From NCBI GenBank assembly GCA_965153355.1, contig OZ231126.1:26350001-26414000 (forward strand): a stretch of 64,000 nt of DNA, in the 5' to 3' direction. This document shows, in pieces, positions 41,944 through 55,375 of this stretch. The notes beneath the pieces were generated by a model, which saw nothing but the letters and a program-made list of their open reading frames with translations, made no database searches and was not told the DNA's origin. The position numbers and the translations under genes are program-made. Position 1 is the stretch's first letter, and each line of letters begins with the position of its first letter. This stretch comes from Flaccisagitta enflata (taxonomy: Eukaryota).

Positions 41944-44135
41944 AAAAGTGTCTTTTAGCGTAAGGAAATTTTCATCGTGTTTTTATGATATAATGTCTCG
42001 TGTCAATCCATCTCTAGCTTCTTACTCTTTTGTGAATGAAACTGAAATGAAATAGAAGAGCAAGAATAGGCAGTGGATAAGTTTTCCAATCTGTCACAGT
42101 GTCACTACCGATTAGAATAAAGAATATTGTAACTTATCATGATTACTAGACAAAAAGGGAATTTTCAGGAAAAAAGTCGAAGTATTTTTGACATATTCCA
42201 GACAAACATGGTTTTCATCTTATGCAAAAGTTAAGGTTCTTGATCAAGTGAATGAGTCCTCAAATAAAATTAAAAGATAATTAACTTTTATAGTTCTCTT
42301 TCATTTGGCGCCAAACAAAATGCTCCATGATAAATACTTTTCTAGATATGATTTTTTCGGCTTTTTTTCATGGATTTTTTTCAAGATTCTGATTAAATTT
42401 TTTCATTTATTTCAAAATCTAAGTTATCTACCTTATTTCTATTTTCTGATTTTAAGTGTGATCAACAAAAACTACATGCCTGTTTGACTCAGAAAAGCAG
42501 GCATAAGAGATAGTGCTATTTGATGCTTTAGTTCATTTTCAATCCTATTATTGCTTATGATTACCGCTAACAAACTGAAAATGTCGTAGTGACTGAGGAC
42601 AAAGGCTTAGTTAACAAGTACCCCGGGGCACAATGGTTGAAATCGGCGATTTTGGAGCTTAAAATGTAAGGATTTTCATGAAGTTTTCTCTTTAATATCT
42701 CTTACAATGAGAAGGGGAGAACAAAAATGGAGTTAAATTCTGTTAGAAGGAGTCAAAATAAGGGGGTAGGGAAAAAAAAGTCCTAAAAAAATTTATTTTC
42801 CCCCTGTTATTGCAAGAAAAAGTGACAATGCCCGCATCATTCCTCATCAAACAAATTTTAACACCATTGTGTAGAGGAGAAACAGACTATTCTAAATATA
42901 TAAGCATGTGTGCATAAACTTGCCGGTTTGGCATTAAAAGCAGATGGAAAATCATTCTGGCAGCAATCACCTTCATCGACAATGTCCAGCTGAATCTCGA
43001 TCTAGTCATCAACAGAAATGGAAAAATGAGGAAGAGGAAGAGGATCAACAATTAGCAAGCTGAGGATGATGAAAAAATGAAATCTTTAGATATAAAGCAG
43101 AGCACCCACATTGTTTTGTGGAGAGACAGTGGCGCTGTGCCATGATGCTCTTTTTTTGTTAAGAAGTTTGGGGTTCAAGCCTTGCAAAGAAGCTTTTTTT
43201 TTTGAAAGTTAATTAGGGTTTAAATGTAAGATAATGGTTATGTATAACTCATTTAACCCATGGTTAGCCTGATAGATTTATCTCAAATACTACAATCTAA
43301 TGAAATAGTAAAGAATTCTCACAAGCTCAAGAATAAGTAAAACTCAATGGTTTGCCTTCTTTGGGCAGCGACACATATGGAGAAATTTTTCTTTCTAATT
43401 CTCCTCCTGCTTCTCCTCTTATGTCCCCCCCTATCAAGGTTCTGATTTCAGCATGGAGGCTCATATCCCAGCCTTGAGGCCCAAATCCCAGCCTTTAGGC
43501 TCAAATCCCAGCCCCAAAGCTCAATTCCCAGGCTTGAGGCCCAAGCCCTAGCTTCAAGGCTCAAATCCCAGACCTCAAGGCTCAAGGTTAAAGACTCAAA
43601 TCAAAACCTTGAACCTAAATCTCAGCCAAAAAGTCCAAAAAGTCCTGATGAAATGTTGGATAGGGAAAAAAAAACTTTTTTGCGGGATTTGAACCCCTAC
43701 CTCTGAATAAAGCCCCACAATCTTATCACTGAACCAAATCACAATCTTTCTTACAAATAATTTTTGATCATCATGATCTGAACTATTAGCAAAAGCCTTT
43801 CCCAAGTTGTTCTCATGTTTTTCATTTCAACCTCTTGCAATCATTGCAATCTGATTAGAGTGCCCTCTTCTGCCATAAACATGCATAACAGAAATTCAGA
43901 AATAAGATATATTCTCAACAGGAACTCCTATCAACCACTGTGCGGGGGTACAACGATGCGTCCACATGCGGCTTAGCTCGTTAAGAATGAGGCAATATTG
44001 CATCAACCTTGTGGAATGATGCAATAATCTGAGATATTTCCAAGATTCTATGCATTTTCATCATTCTCAACTCAATCACCACGGACGGACGGACGGATGG
44101 ACGGATGGACGGACGGATGGACGGACAGACGGACG

Positions 44136-45095
44136 CACTAAGGGCCACGGATTGCGCTAGATGGCTCCTTGGGTATTTGGGTGAAAATTTTCATCTCTGC
44201 TATTTGGCTCAAACTAAGTAGAATGGTCATGGTAGCATTTGAGCATACATTACCGGTCCATATGACAGGTTTTATGGCAATTTAGAGTGAAAAAAGGTGA
44301 CCTAAATTGACATTACTACGAAAAATGCTATATTTCAAGAAAAATCAATGAATTTTTTTAGATTATCTGTTAAGATTATAAAGAGCTCATGATATCTTCA
44401 ATTATGGATTGGATTCCTTCATTAATGTTTAAATGTCTGGAAAAATTTAAAAAATCATTATTTTTTACATTTTTAGCACTATCAAATTAGTCTACTATTA
44501 CTACATATTTGACCTAATTTGCATGCTTTTTTTACCCTATAAATATAAAAAATCGCACAAGGACGCGCAATGAGCCACCTATGCCAAAATGCAGTTCAAG
44601 GGGTCCTGAATCCAGAATGCTATGGCTCAAGCGGGCCTTCAACGTCCAAATTGCGATTTTCTTGGCCTAAAATGGACAAGTAATAATGTGGATAAAAGTA
44701 AAAATCTATATTTGATTGGAAGAAAAATGAGCAAAATGAGCTAAATGAGCAAAAAAATGATTTTTTTTTAGCACCTTATTAAGGAATCTTATTGAACAAA
44801 GACAAAAATTTAATTGATTTGGTCAAAACATTAGACAATTTAAATACTGAATGTAAGAGAGTTTAGCAGTATTTTTCACTTTATTTTTTCAAATTTCTCT
44901 TCTTTTGTACTCTAAGCTCATAAAGCTCTTAATCCAATATAAATGAGTCAATATTGGATATAAATAGTTTCATAACATCTGAAAACATGCAGAAAAATGT
45001 TTTTCACTCTGTATATTTCATAAGGAACAATGTAATGGAAAAGATGTAATGTTAATCCCCAATGAGCCACCTATCGCACAATGCAGCCCACAGTG
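44136..45095. mobile_element. Transib-like non-autonomous element nested in a (GGAC)n family 2 element
   Basis: Termini cactaagggc..attgcgctagatggctccttggg / cccaatgagccacctatcgcacaatgcagcccacagtg. GGACG on both flanks (5-bp TSD, although it lies inside a microsatellite). Confidence 0.55.
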
Positions 45096-46850
45096 GGACG
45101 GACCAACGGACGGACGGACGGACAAAGCCTCTTATAGAGATGCGTGGACACATCTAAAAATGGCCAGTGCATTCGACTTTTTTCCTCATGGCGATAGCCG
45201 CCATTGCTGGCAAGAAAAAACAAGAGAATAGAGTTGGAGTTCTTCAAAACACCACTAGCAAGGAATAAAAAAATCAGTTACTGACGGGTTGGCAAGCACG
45301 CAAATTGCGCGTTTTACACTTTTTACTCGGTGTTACAGATGGATAGGACAGCAGCCGAACGGACCGACGCGACGGAGAGAGGGATTAACTGACACGGTCA
45401 GACAGACAGAGCCTCTTATAGAGTCGCTAGTCCGCAGCTAAACGCCAATTACAAATCGAAAAAAGAATCCCATTCTCCAATTGTGCAACTCATGCGGTAG
45501 AAAAAGATATCTATGAAAGAGAAAAAACAGAATCACCATAACAAACTCAAGAAATATTGGCAATGGCCACAACACGAAATCCAAAATCGTTTTCTTAATT
45601 CTTGACTGGAGAATGAATTCATCAAGTAATTCCAATAGAAAAATAACAGGACTAAAAACAAAGGTATGTATCTGACCATCCAAAAGAGCCAGACTGGGAG
45701 GTTATCAGCGAGGAGAGAGTCCCACATGTACCACTTGGACAGGAAATACGAGTTAAGCGAGTGTAAAAAGCTTTGTAGAAACTCTCTTAATTCCTGCGGC
45801 AACCACAGCGGCTGAGAGATGAAGTATTCTGCGTCATGAAAAGTTCGCGTGAAAATGTGCATCATGCTCCTGGCAAAGACAAGATTCACATCCTGGGGAG
45901 CGAGCATGGTAGTGATGGACGAACTTCCTCGATATGGCGAAAGAATCACCTCATCATCGTGGAATGTGACATAATGCAACTTGATGGAATCGACGTGAAT
46001 ACATTGTGACAAGTCGTTATTCTTTGATTTTCATGAACGACTCCGTCATAATCGGTCGCTGTTAAAGTCTGATCCGTTACTATAAGCAACCCGCGTAAAG
46101 TAACCGCCATATGTCTCTTTGGATAAGATGAATTTTGGCCAGTGTTGAAATCTCGACGACATTTTTGGGCGATGAGAGCGTCTTGATTGACGGAAGGGTT
46201 AACATCGATACTTTCTATCAAAGCCTCGGAACAATCTAACTTTGACATCGCCTCCAGATCAACGGGATTTGAAGCCACCATTTCCTTGACATCGCAAAAT
46301 ATCTGACTCCAATTCCCAAAAACTCGCCGTCGACAATAATTTCGCTGCATAAAGTGGAGTTGAACTTCACTCGATCGAGCCAAATTGCCGAAAAACTCGG
46401 CCGATGCCAATTCCCAGTTTTGCATTTCTCGGCCTCCATTGTTAAAGTGAAGAAAGACATGTTTTGCGGTTTTTAATGGCTTTGTTTCCTCGACGACTCG
46501 CGCATCCTTGTCAAAATATCCATTCACCGTCACGAGTTCGAATCCCACTCCAACCGGCATTTTTTTCAGATGTGGAAGCGTCAAGAGCGCTTTCAGCGTC
46601 AAAGTTTCGACGTCAATTCCGACAATGTAAATACGTAAATCTCCTTGCAAATATTTGAACTTTTGAGGATCGCCGTAAATTGAATCGGGAAAAAATTGGA
46701 CAAAACTGTTAAAGTGACGCAGTTGAGGCGGTAACCACAAAGACAAATCTGACACTTCGGGAGTTGGTGGATTCCAAATGTTGATCAAGCTCAAAATCTC
46801 TGCACCGAAATTTGACATTTCATCGATAGTTTTCAAAAGAAATTCAATCA

Positions 46851-47608
46851 AATTCAAATTCAAATTCAAGTACTCCAATTAAGTAAGGCGAATCGCCTGT
46901 TGACTTGGAGACAAACAAGTACTACATCTACTTCCCAAGCGTTAAACCATCACAACAGTCCGTTTTTCCACCCCAAACGAAAGGACAGTCCAATTCACAG
47001 TTGCATCCCCCGAAGTTAAAGTCATTCCTTCCTTGTTTGTCCTTCTTGACGCCTCGTTCCTAAGGCGTCCCGTATTTCCGCCATGAATTGGCGCATCTCT
47101 TGCGCCATCGATGTCCCCGCCTCTTCTTGCTGTTGCTGTTGCTGACGTAGATGTCGATCATCGCGTTGTTGGAAGGATTGTTGCCGCGCGTTATGGTATT
47201 GTTCCTGGCGTGAGGTGCGGCCTCTTCCGGAGTTGTGTTGTTGATTGTGTGGCCCATGATAGTCTCTTGTTGGCGAACGGGACCGGTGTCTCTGACCCTG
47301 AGTTTCTTCGATTGAGAATGAAGAGCGGTGATGCGGCGTTGCGCCGCCACGGAGAGGACCGCCGCCGCCGCGGTGGGTGTTGCCGCCGCGGTGGGTGTTG
47401 CCACCACGGTAGGTGTTGCCGCCATGGTAGGTGTTGCCGCCACGGTGGGTGTTGCCGCCACGGTGGGTGTTGCCGCCATGATCGGTGCCGCCACGATGGA
47501 CGCCGCCATGATTGGTGCCGCCACGATGGACACCGCCATGGCCGTTGCCGTCGTCGTTGTTGTTGTTGTTGTTGTTGTTACCTCTTCCGCGTTGTTCCCA
47601 TGACGACT
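46851..47608 (-). mobile_element. Retroposed-looking insert with Gly/His/Arg-rich ORF end and (TTTGAA)n tail
   Basis: Separates QHQFD from LIEF, which are contiguous in B' (QHNYDELIEL). Contains 18-bp RGGNTH repeats, a stop at 47022, ~160 bp of non-coding sequence, then ttgaatttgaatttgaatttga. Confidence 0.55.
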
Positions 47609-48175
47609 TGTCAAATTGATGTTGAGTCTCGAAATCATTGAGCAAATCGATCATTTCCTTTGTATGATTATGAAGCCATATGTTTGAAAGCAGAGGACTC
47701 ATTCCCTCGGAAAGAAACTACATTTCATAAGCACAACCAATGGACAAAATTGTATTTTCAGCTTGATCTGAGCGTTTACGTAGTCAATCTGAGTCTTTTA
47801 CTGGCACTCTGGTACAAAAATGCGATCAAAAATGAACTAGTTTCATCATTTGAGTTTTGGTTTCGGAGGTATTTAGATCATTGCCGCTCTTTGAGAGGGT
47901 CTGTCCATCGGTCTGTGCAAATGTCCCCATGTCCGTTTGTCCTTTCCTCTAATGTCCGATGGCCGCTACCAAAAAAACTACATTTTCGGCACTTTTTGAC
48001 AAATTGTAATGTCAAATGACCAATACAGGGCTCTACACAGATGACGCCTTAATACGGCGTATTTCTGAAGGCAACATTTGTGTTTCAACGGGGGCTAAAA
48101 TCAAAACTTAAAAATGAATAAAAATGAATGATTATACCAAAATAATCATTGAAATATGTCACAGATATTATTTTG

Positions 48176-48770
48176 ACCATAAGTGCAATAAAAATGGCCG
48201 ATTTTTCAACTACTTTGAGCACAGGTTTTGGTCAAAATATTCTTGAAACCATCCTAAAATTCATGCTGTGTAGAGAGTTATCAAAAATATCTTGCATTTG
48301 ACTCCATGCAGCAATTTTTTTCTCATTTTTTTTCAGAAAATGTGACAAATAAAAGGCTAACAACTAAATTGCCACCTCATGAAAAAACAAACCAAATTTG
48401 TCACTCGGATTTTCTGAAATATTTTAGAAGAGTAAAAATGTTAGAAGATCTTCATCGATTTTGATGAAATTTTGGGTGCTAGTTGACCAGTATATGCCCC
48501 AATTTCAATTCAATTTTCATCAATATCGGGCAATGTCTTCCATGATTTTTTATGGAACTTTGTAAAGATACCATGGGCAGTTTCAAAATTGAGGGGTTTG
48601 GCTAATCTTACTCTCGTTTGCATATTCATCAAGTTGGTGGTCCCACAAACGTTTCAAATAAAAGAACTTTTGAAGGGCTTTCCAGGTGTCATGAGTTTTG
48701 CTATCTTTGGATAAGTTCTAGTTCCTTTACAGACCTTTCAAAAATCGGCCATTTTTATTGCACTTATGGT
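48176..48770. mobile_element. MITE in intron of gene B
   Basis: TIR accataagtgcaataaaaatggccgattttt / aaaaatcggccatttttattgcacttatggt. Confidence 0.8.
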
Positions 48771-50541
48771 TATTGCAAAATTTGCATTAAATCATGAAAT
48801 AGAATCAAATATTGGTAAAGTTGATAAAGAAAATATATTGCAAATTACAGAAAATTTCATTCTTGGTCACTGACAGGGGGCCGTTTAAATTCTAAGATTG
48901 CATAAAAAATGAAAAAATAAGAAAATAAAAAACATAGTTCTCTTCCAAAAACAATTACGGAGAGAACTATGTTTTTGAAAATGCAAAATTTCCCTGCATT
49001 TGAAAGTCTTAGAATTTAAATGGCAATAAAAGATAAAAAAATGTAAGCAAGATTTTATTAAAACCTGGATTTTCTTGTCTTTTTTTATGAGAATTGCATA
49101 GTTTGAATTACTTTTGAGGTCAGAATATGATGAATATGTATACACCAAGTGTCTTTAAAGACAATTTGTCTATTAAAAGCATTCCTACACCATTATGATG
49201 CTGATAATGATGTAAAAAGTATGGTGAAACACTTAATTTTCCTTCAAAAATTCGCCGTCTTAAGTTGCCCACACGGGCTTGTTACATTCTCTGAAACATT
49301 TTTAAACTAGAATTACATACATTGAATATTAAAACAAAGCTTCCTTTGCAAATGCGTGAACTCATATCCTTTTTTCAAAAAAAAATTGAGAGATTGACAA
49401 ATTGACTACCAAGAAACATTTTGTCCACTGACTGTGTTGCCATGAAGACATGAGTCTTCATTCTTAAACCAATCATCGACATCAGCCAAGTCCAACGATC
49501 CGCTGATCCTTGGTAAAGAAGGTAGAGACACTCTGCCAACAACATGCTGGTCAGAAGGAGATTCCACCTTCGCATTGTAAACTGGCGCAATATAACGCAA
49601 AAAGTCAATTGTCGAAGATGGACTGACGTGAATCCCGCGTTGAACGTCATTGGCGTTATTTGTGTCCGTGTCCAATGGCAACGACTCAAAAAAACAAAAA
49701 ACATCTTTTGTCCACTCCTTTCGAAGAATGAGTTTTTTTGGGGAGTGCAATAGCAGTGCATCGTCGTTCCACAGTATATTATTATTAGACATGTCAACAC
49801 TGTTTAACTCTTTGACCCCACATCTATTTTCCACGAACGCTTTTCTTCTTCTTTTTTTCATTTTTGACACCAATTTCCTTAAGGCAACTCGCAAATTCGT
49901 GACAAGTCTCGTGATTTTCCATCTCACGTGATTTCCGGCGGATTCGTCGACGTCGACAAAAGTTTGAAGATTCCGCGGCGGTTGAAGAATCGAATCCGGC
50001 AGCACTTTGACGGTCGACGGGAAGAGGAGAAAGCCGTCTTCCTCGTAGATCGTCTCACGAACGTTGATGGCGCTACAAGTCGATGGATGAAGGAAAGTTT
50101 TGCGCCGGTAGGTGGAATTGTAGGTGTCACTTTTCTTATCGTTGGCAACCGTGGCGTTACTACCGAACTTGTTGGTGGTGTTGCTAGTGGCAAATTTACC
50201 GACGTCGTTGGAGGAATTGTTGAGTGTGGCGTGCGAGACATGGTTGATGGCGTTGCTTGTGACGTGGTTTTGGACATCGCGAATATCGCTGGAGGGCTGG
50301 TTCGTGGCGGCGCCAGGGCTGGTAATTGCGCTGACGTGGGCGGGATTGTTAAGGGTGTTTGCGATGGCGTTTTCATCGGCGTTTTTGAAGGTATTTGCGG
50401 TGTCTACCTCAGCAGCGCCACAATTTAGCGCTGACAAAATGGACAGAAAGGTGATGAGGAAAAATGAAGAAGGAGGACAGGTCGATGAATTGACGGAAAT
50501 GCACACCTGACAGTAAACATAGGAAATTGGCGTTGTCATCG

Positions 50542-50615
<74 letters not shown>

Positions 50616-50683
50616 GGGGCGGGGGTTGTAGAGTCGAGTATCATGTGACTAAGAAACAAAGAAAGAAAGAAAAAAAAGAAAAA

Positions 50684-50723
<40 letters not shown>

Positions 50724-50760
50724 AATAAGGGTTGAATAGCCTTGTAGCATGGGACTGAAA

Positions 50761-50824
<64 letters not shown>

Positions 50825-50930
50825 AGGAAGGAAGGAAGGAAAGAAGGGTTGTATAGTCTTGAAGCATGCGACTGAAAAAGAAAGATAGAAAGAAAGAAAG
50901 AGAGAATGAATGAATGAATAAATGAATGAA

Positions 50931-50986
<56 letters not shown>

Positions 50987-51000
50987 AAAGAAAGAAAGAA

Positions 51001-51068
<68 letters not shown>

Positions 51069-51262
51069 AGGGTTGTTTAGTCTTGTAGCATGGGACTGAA
51101 AAAGAAAGAAAGAAAGAAAGAAAGGTTGTATAGTTTTGAAGCATGCGACTGAAAATGAAAGATAGAAAGAAAGAAAGAATGAATGAATGAATGAATGAAT
51201 GAATGAATGAATGAATGAATGAATGAAGGAATGAATAAATGAAGAAAAGAAAGAAAAAAAAG

Positions 51263-51313
<51 letters not shown>

Positions 51314-51456
51314 AGGAAGAAAAGGGGATGTAAAGTTGCAAAGCATACGACTAAGAGAGAAAGACAGAAAGTAAGAATGAAAGAATGAAAGATAGAAAGT
51401 AAGAAAGCAAGAAAGCAAGAAAGCAAGAAAGCAAGAACGCAAGAAAGCACGAAAGC

Positions 51457-51543
<87 letters not shown>

Positions 51544-51575
51544 CAAGAAAGGGCGCAAGAAAGCAAGAAATCAAG

Positions 51576-51684
<109 letters not shown>

Positions 51685-51693
51685 GAGACAGAC

Positions 51694-51778
<85 letters not shown>

Positions 51779-51862
51779 AAGAAAGAAAGAAAAAAAGAAA
51801 GAAGGAAAGGAAGAGAGAAAGAAGGAAAGGAAGAGAGAAAGAATGGATAAAAGAATGGACGA

Positions 51863-51893
<31 letters not shown>

Positions 51894-52875
51894 GACAAAA
51901 GAATGAAAGAAAGAACTAATTGAAAACCTCAGCTCACGCGGCGGTAAATGACACATATTGACCGATAGAGAGAACTCACCAACAAACGAAGCAAATTTAC
52001 CAAACTTACCATTTTGATTTGAATTTTTGAAGGCGACTCAGTCTCATTCTTTGATATTGATGAGGTTATCGAATTAAATTCTCTTGATAGTTGAGTATAT
52101 CGTCAATCCTGAACCCCAACAAAAAAGCAAACGTCAGAAAAAAACAAACAAACGAAAAACAATTGAGATTCTACTCTCATGGCATGATACACAACAATTT
52201 CTGCTCAGTTGTAACACTATCTCATCATGATGTAACGATTCGTCTTAGATGGCGGAGTTTTTTCTATAATGGATGTCAAAGAACCTACAATTGTTTTAGT
52301 TATTGTTATTGACAAAAAAATAAAGAAATGACATAAAGGAACTAAGATTTAGCATCCCTTGTTTACGGATTTTTGTTCCTCTTTATGTTTCTCCTTAGAC
52401 AGCACATTTGATTTTCATATTCCCGCTAAAATCTAAATCACACGCATTATACACTTTTTTGAAGTATGAGAATTTCATTCATTTTTAGGCACCGTCACTG
52501 TCATTGTCGGCACTCGGCAACATAAAAGTCGATGTACTGATGTAGATAGATATGACACTGCAAGCAAACGCATATTAAAGCGCAGTAAATAAATAGATGT
52601 TTGTAATCCTTTGCACGAAAGTGTGCAGTGCGTTGGGAGCAATAGGGCCAGTACATAGAGGGTCTCTTACAGTTGCACTTTTTGATTGAAGAACCCCAGG
52701 CTTGAATTATTCTAGTAGTCAGTGGTGCAAGGCATGATTTACAACAAAACTGACAATGAATTTTCTTAATTGCATGACGCAAAGGTAGAGGTCACCAATT
52801 CGAGACAGAGCTATAAAACTAAATTCACTCAAAGCTCTGGCCTATCAGTCTTCAGAAAAACCACGGTTCGAATTA

Positions 52876-53464
52876 CAGTACGATGGGAGCAATGACGACC
52901 TAGACTGGAGGCTAGATTTTAGGTATCTTAATTTCATTTGTATCATAAAATATTTGAGATCTAGGTTAATTAAAGGTTGCTCTATTGAATGAAAATGTTT
53001 GTGTCTCTTAAACTTCAATTTGTGACTTGACCTCATCAAGACTTTATTTCTCAAAGTTCTAACCTATCCTAATAGATTGGGTAGAAAATTTTTAATAGTT
53101 TTGAAAAAAAAATCAGCTCAATCGGTCTATTTTTACAGGTTTTATGGCCATTTTAAGTTTTGCACAAAAACTAATTTACATAAATTTTGTTTATTAAAGA
53201 TAGCCATAAAACCTGTAAAAACAGTCCAATTGAGCTGATTTTTTTTTCAAAATAATATAAAATTTTTCGCCAATCTAATGAATTAGGTTAGAACTTAAAA
53301 AAAAAAATCTTGATGAGGTCAAGTCACAAGTTTAAGTTTAAGAGACGCAAATGCATTCACTCAACAGAGCAACCTTTAATTAGCCTAGATCTCAAATATC
53401 TAATAATACACATGAAATTAAGATACCTAAAATCTATCCTCCAGTCATTGCTCCCATCGTACTG
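52876..53464. mobile_element. Fold-back MITE with TA TSD
   Basis: cagtacgatgggagcaatgac / gtcattgctcccatcgtactg with TA flanks; nearly the whole element is one inverted repeat. Confidence 0.88.
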
Positions 53465-53634
53465 TACTTGATTGAAATGGTGAAGCAGGAAATGATCCTT
53501 TTTCTGAGGGCCTCATTGCTCCCAAAGTGGCATGTGCAACAATTCATCCTATATAATCTCACAATTATTCAAAAGGAAACACAATCCGAAGAAAATCTGG
53601 AAACGTATGGACATCAATATACATCCATTACATA

Positions 53635-54219
53635 ACAGGGTGTGCAAAATTATCCGCAATTTGCACATAATTTTCATAAAAACCAAAGAGGATAATGATT
53701 TTTGAAAGCATAAGTGGTAGGTATGAAAAAACATTTTTTTTAGTATTTGAAACAAAAATTCACAAAGTCAAAGATACAACTTTTCAGGTAAATTTCATAG
53801 TAATGAAACACTCCTTAAAAAGATCTATCAAAATATTTCAAAATTCTATTATTAATTTTTCTTGTACTTTAAGCCTGATTTATTTGCTTTTATTGAACTC
53901 CATTCATAAGGATATAATTAACTTCCTTCAGCATTACATGTGCCATGCAAAGAAAATCATTTTTTAGAAGTCACAAATATAGCAACCTATGATTTTATAA
54001 CCTTTTTAGCCAATGAAAAAAAATCCTGTCAAAATCAAAATCTTTGCTTCAAATCATTTGACTCCCATAGTGACAAGGGGGACAGAAAATACCTGCAATC
54101 AATTCTAGCTTCTAGCATGACTAACTGGGGCACTCTTGTCCAAATTTTATAGTGCTGGGTTACTTTTAAGTACAGTTTTTTTATCATGAAGCAATTGCGG
54201 ATAATTTTGCACACCCTGT
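53635..54219. mobile_element. Tc1/mariner-type MITE
   Basis: TIR acagggtgtgcaaaattatccgcaatt / aattgcggataattttgcacaccctgt with TA flanks. Confidence 0.85.
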
Positions 54220-55375
54220 TACACATACATACCTAAAAATAGTGTTTTGAAACATCATAAAAATTCCTTAGGCATATACTTTTTACTTAATGCATCATAT
54301 TTTCCTATCTTAAAAATATGTAGTGTACAAGAAAAAATATCAAGATTGGAAAGAAGTGAACCGCAAACTTACAAGTCAATTCTGATGACAGGGAATAAAA
54401 ACGACTTATAAATGAATGAATAAATAAATGAATAACGCTACCGAGAGATGCTTCTCTACAGGGTGATTATTGTCAAATGAAAAAAAAAACGTACAAAGCT
54501 TCTATGACCTGGAATCAGTTTTCACTTTATGTACTATGATAGGTGGAACAACATCCCTCACTATACCCAAACTAAAATAAATGATATTTTTTTTTGTGTC
54601 AAAATTTCATTGGTCTGAGTTGAATAGTTCGCCACAATATCAAATTGAATTATTGAAGTAAACAAGGCTGGATACACAGCTACCGAAGTTGCGTGCGGGT
54701 GGGCAGGGGCCATATTTGAGATCACCAGACCATTTGGGCAGGAGCAATGAGGTCAAAGAATAAAATCATAAAAAAAGTAAAGTGTGACCGACCGACCAAC
54801 CAACCAACCAACCGACGGATGGACAAAGCGGGTTGTAGAGTCGCGTGCATGCAACTAAAAAGGCATTTCTAGAAGAAACTCATTTTCAGCTTAAAATCCT
54901 CTTGTTTAAACAGGGAAGTTTTTCTTTGATTTGCTCTGAATTGAAGACGACTTGAGCTATAGATGTCACACTGGTATCATATTTGAGCTTTTTGAGCAAA
55001 CAGCTCCTACCCAGATGACTCAATGACCTTCTCCAGCACTGCTCCTGCCTACCCACATGCAACTAGGGTAGCCGTGTATTTGGCCTTGTTTGTATTTAAC
55101 AATAATCACCCTGTGCAATAGATGCAATTGATTTATCAGAGAGTATGCCAAATCAAATGACAGCTTTCATTCAAACAACTTCCATAATGGACACAAAATT
55201 GACTTCACGGCCTGATGCACTGCAAAAAAATTGACCATCATGAGAGAACGACAAAAAAGTGTATAATCAAATGTGTCAAATTGATAAGAATCAATTCCAT
55301 TTTGTGTAAGATTTCGTAAAAATCTATGCATATCAACATTTAGCATTGAGACAGAGTAAATCCTAACGTCAAACA

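Larger units (their letters stand above)
45438..50539 (-). pseudogene. Gene B: disrupted paralogue of B' (exon 1 50539-49433, intron 49432-47718, exon 2 47717-45438 with ~750-bp insert and two -1 frameshifts)
   Basis: Pieces align colinearly with B' (FLHPSTC, DVFCFFE, DEMSNFGAE, HRYLFLPHE). Insert ~46851-47608 brings a stop at 47022. Frameshifts in homopolymer runs near 46030 and 45655. Confidence 0.8.

Noticed and set aside
47022-47702. Stand-alone 226-aa gene
   Set aside because: The N-terminus is exon 2 of gene B and the remainder is an insertion.
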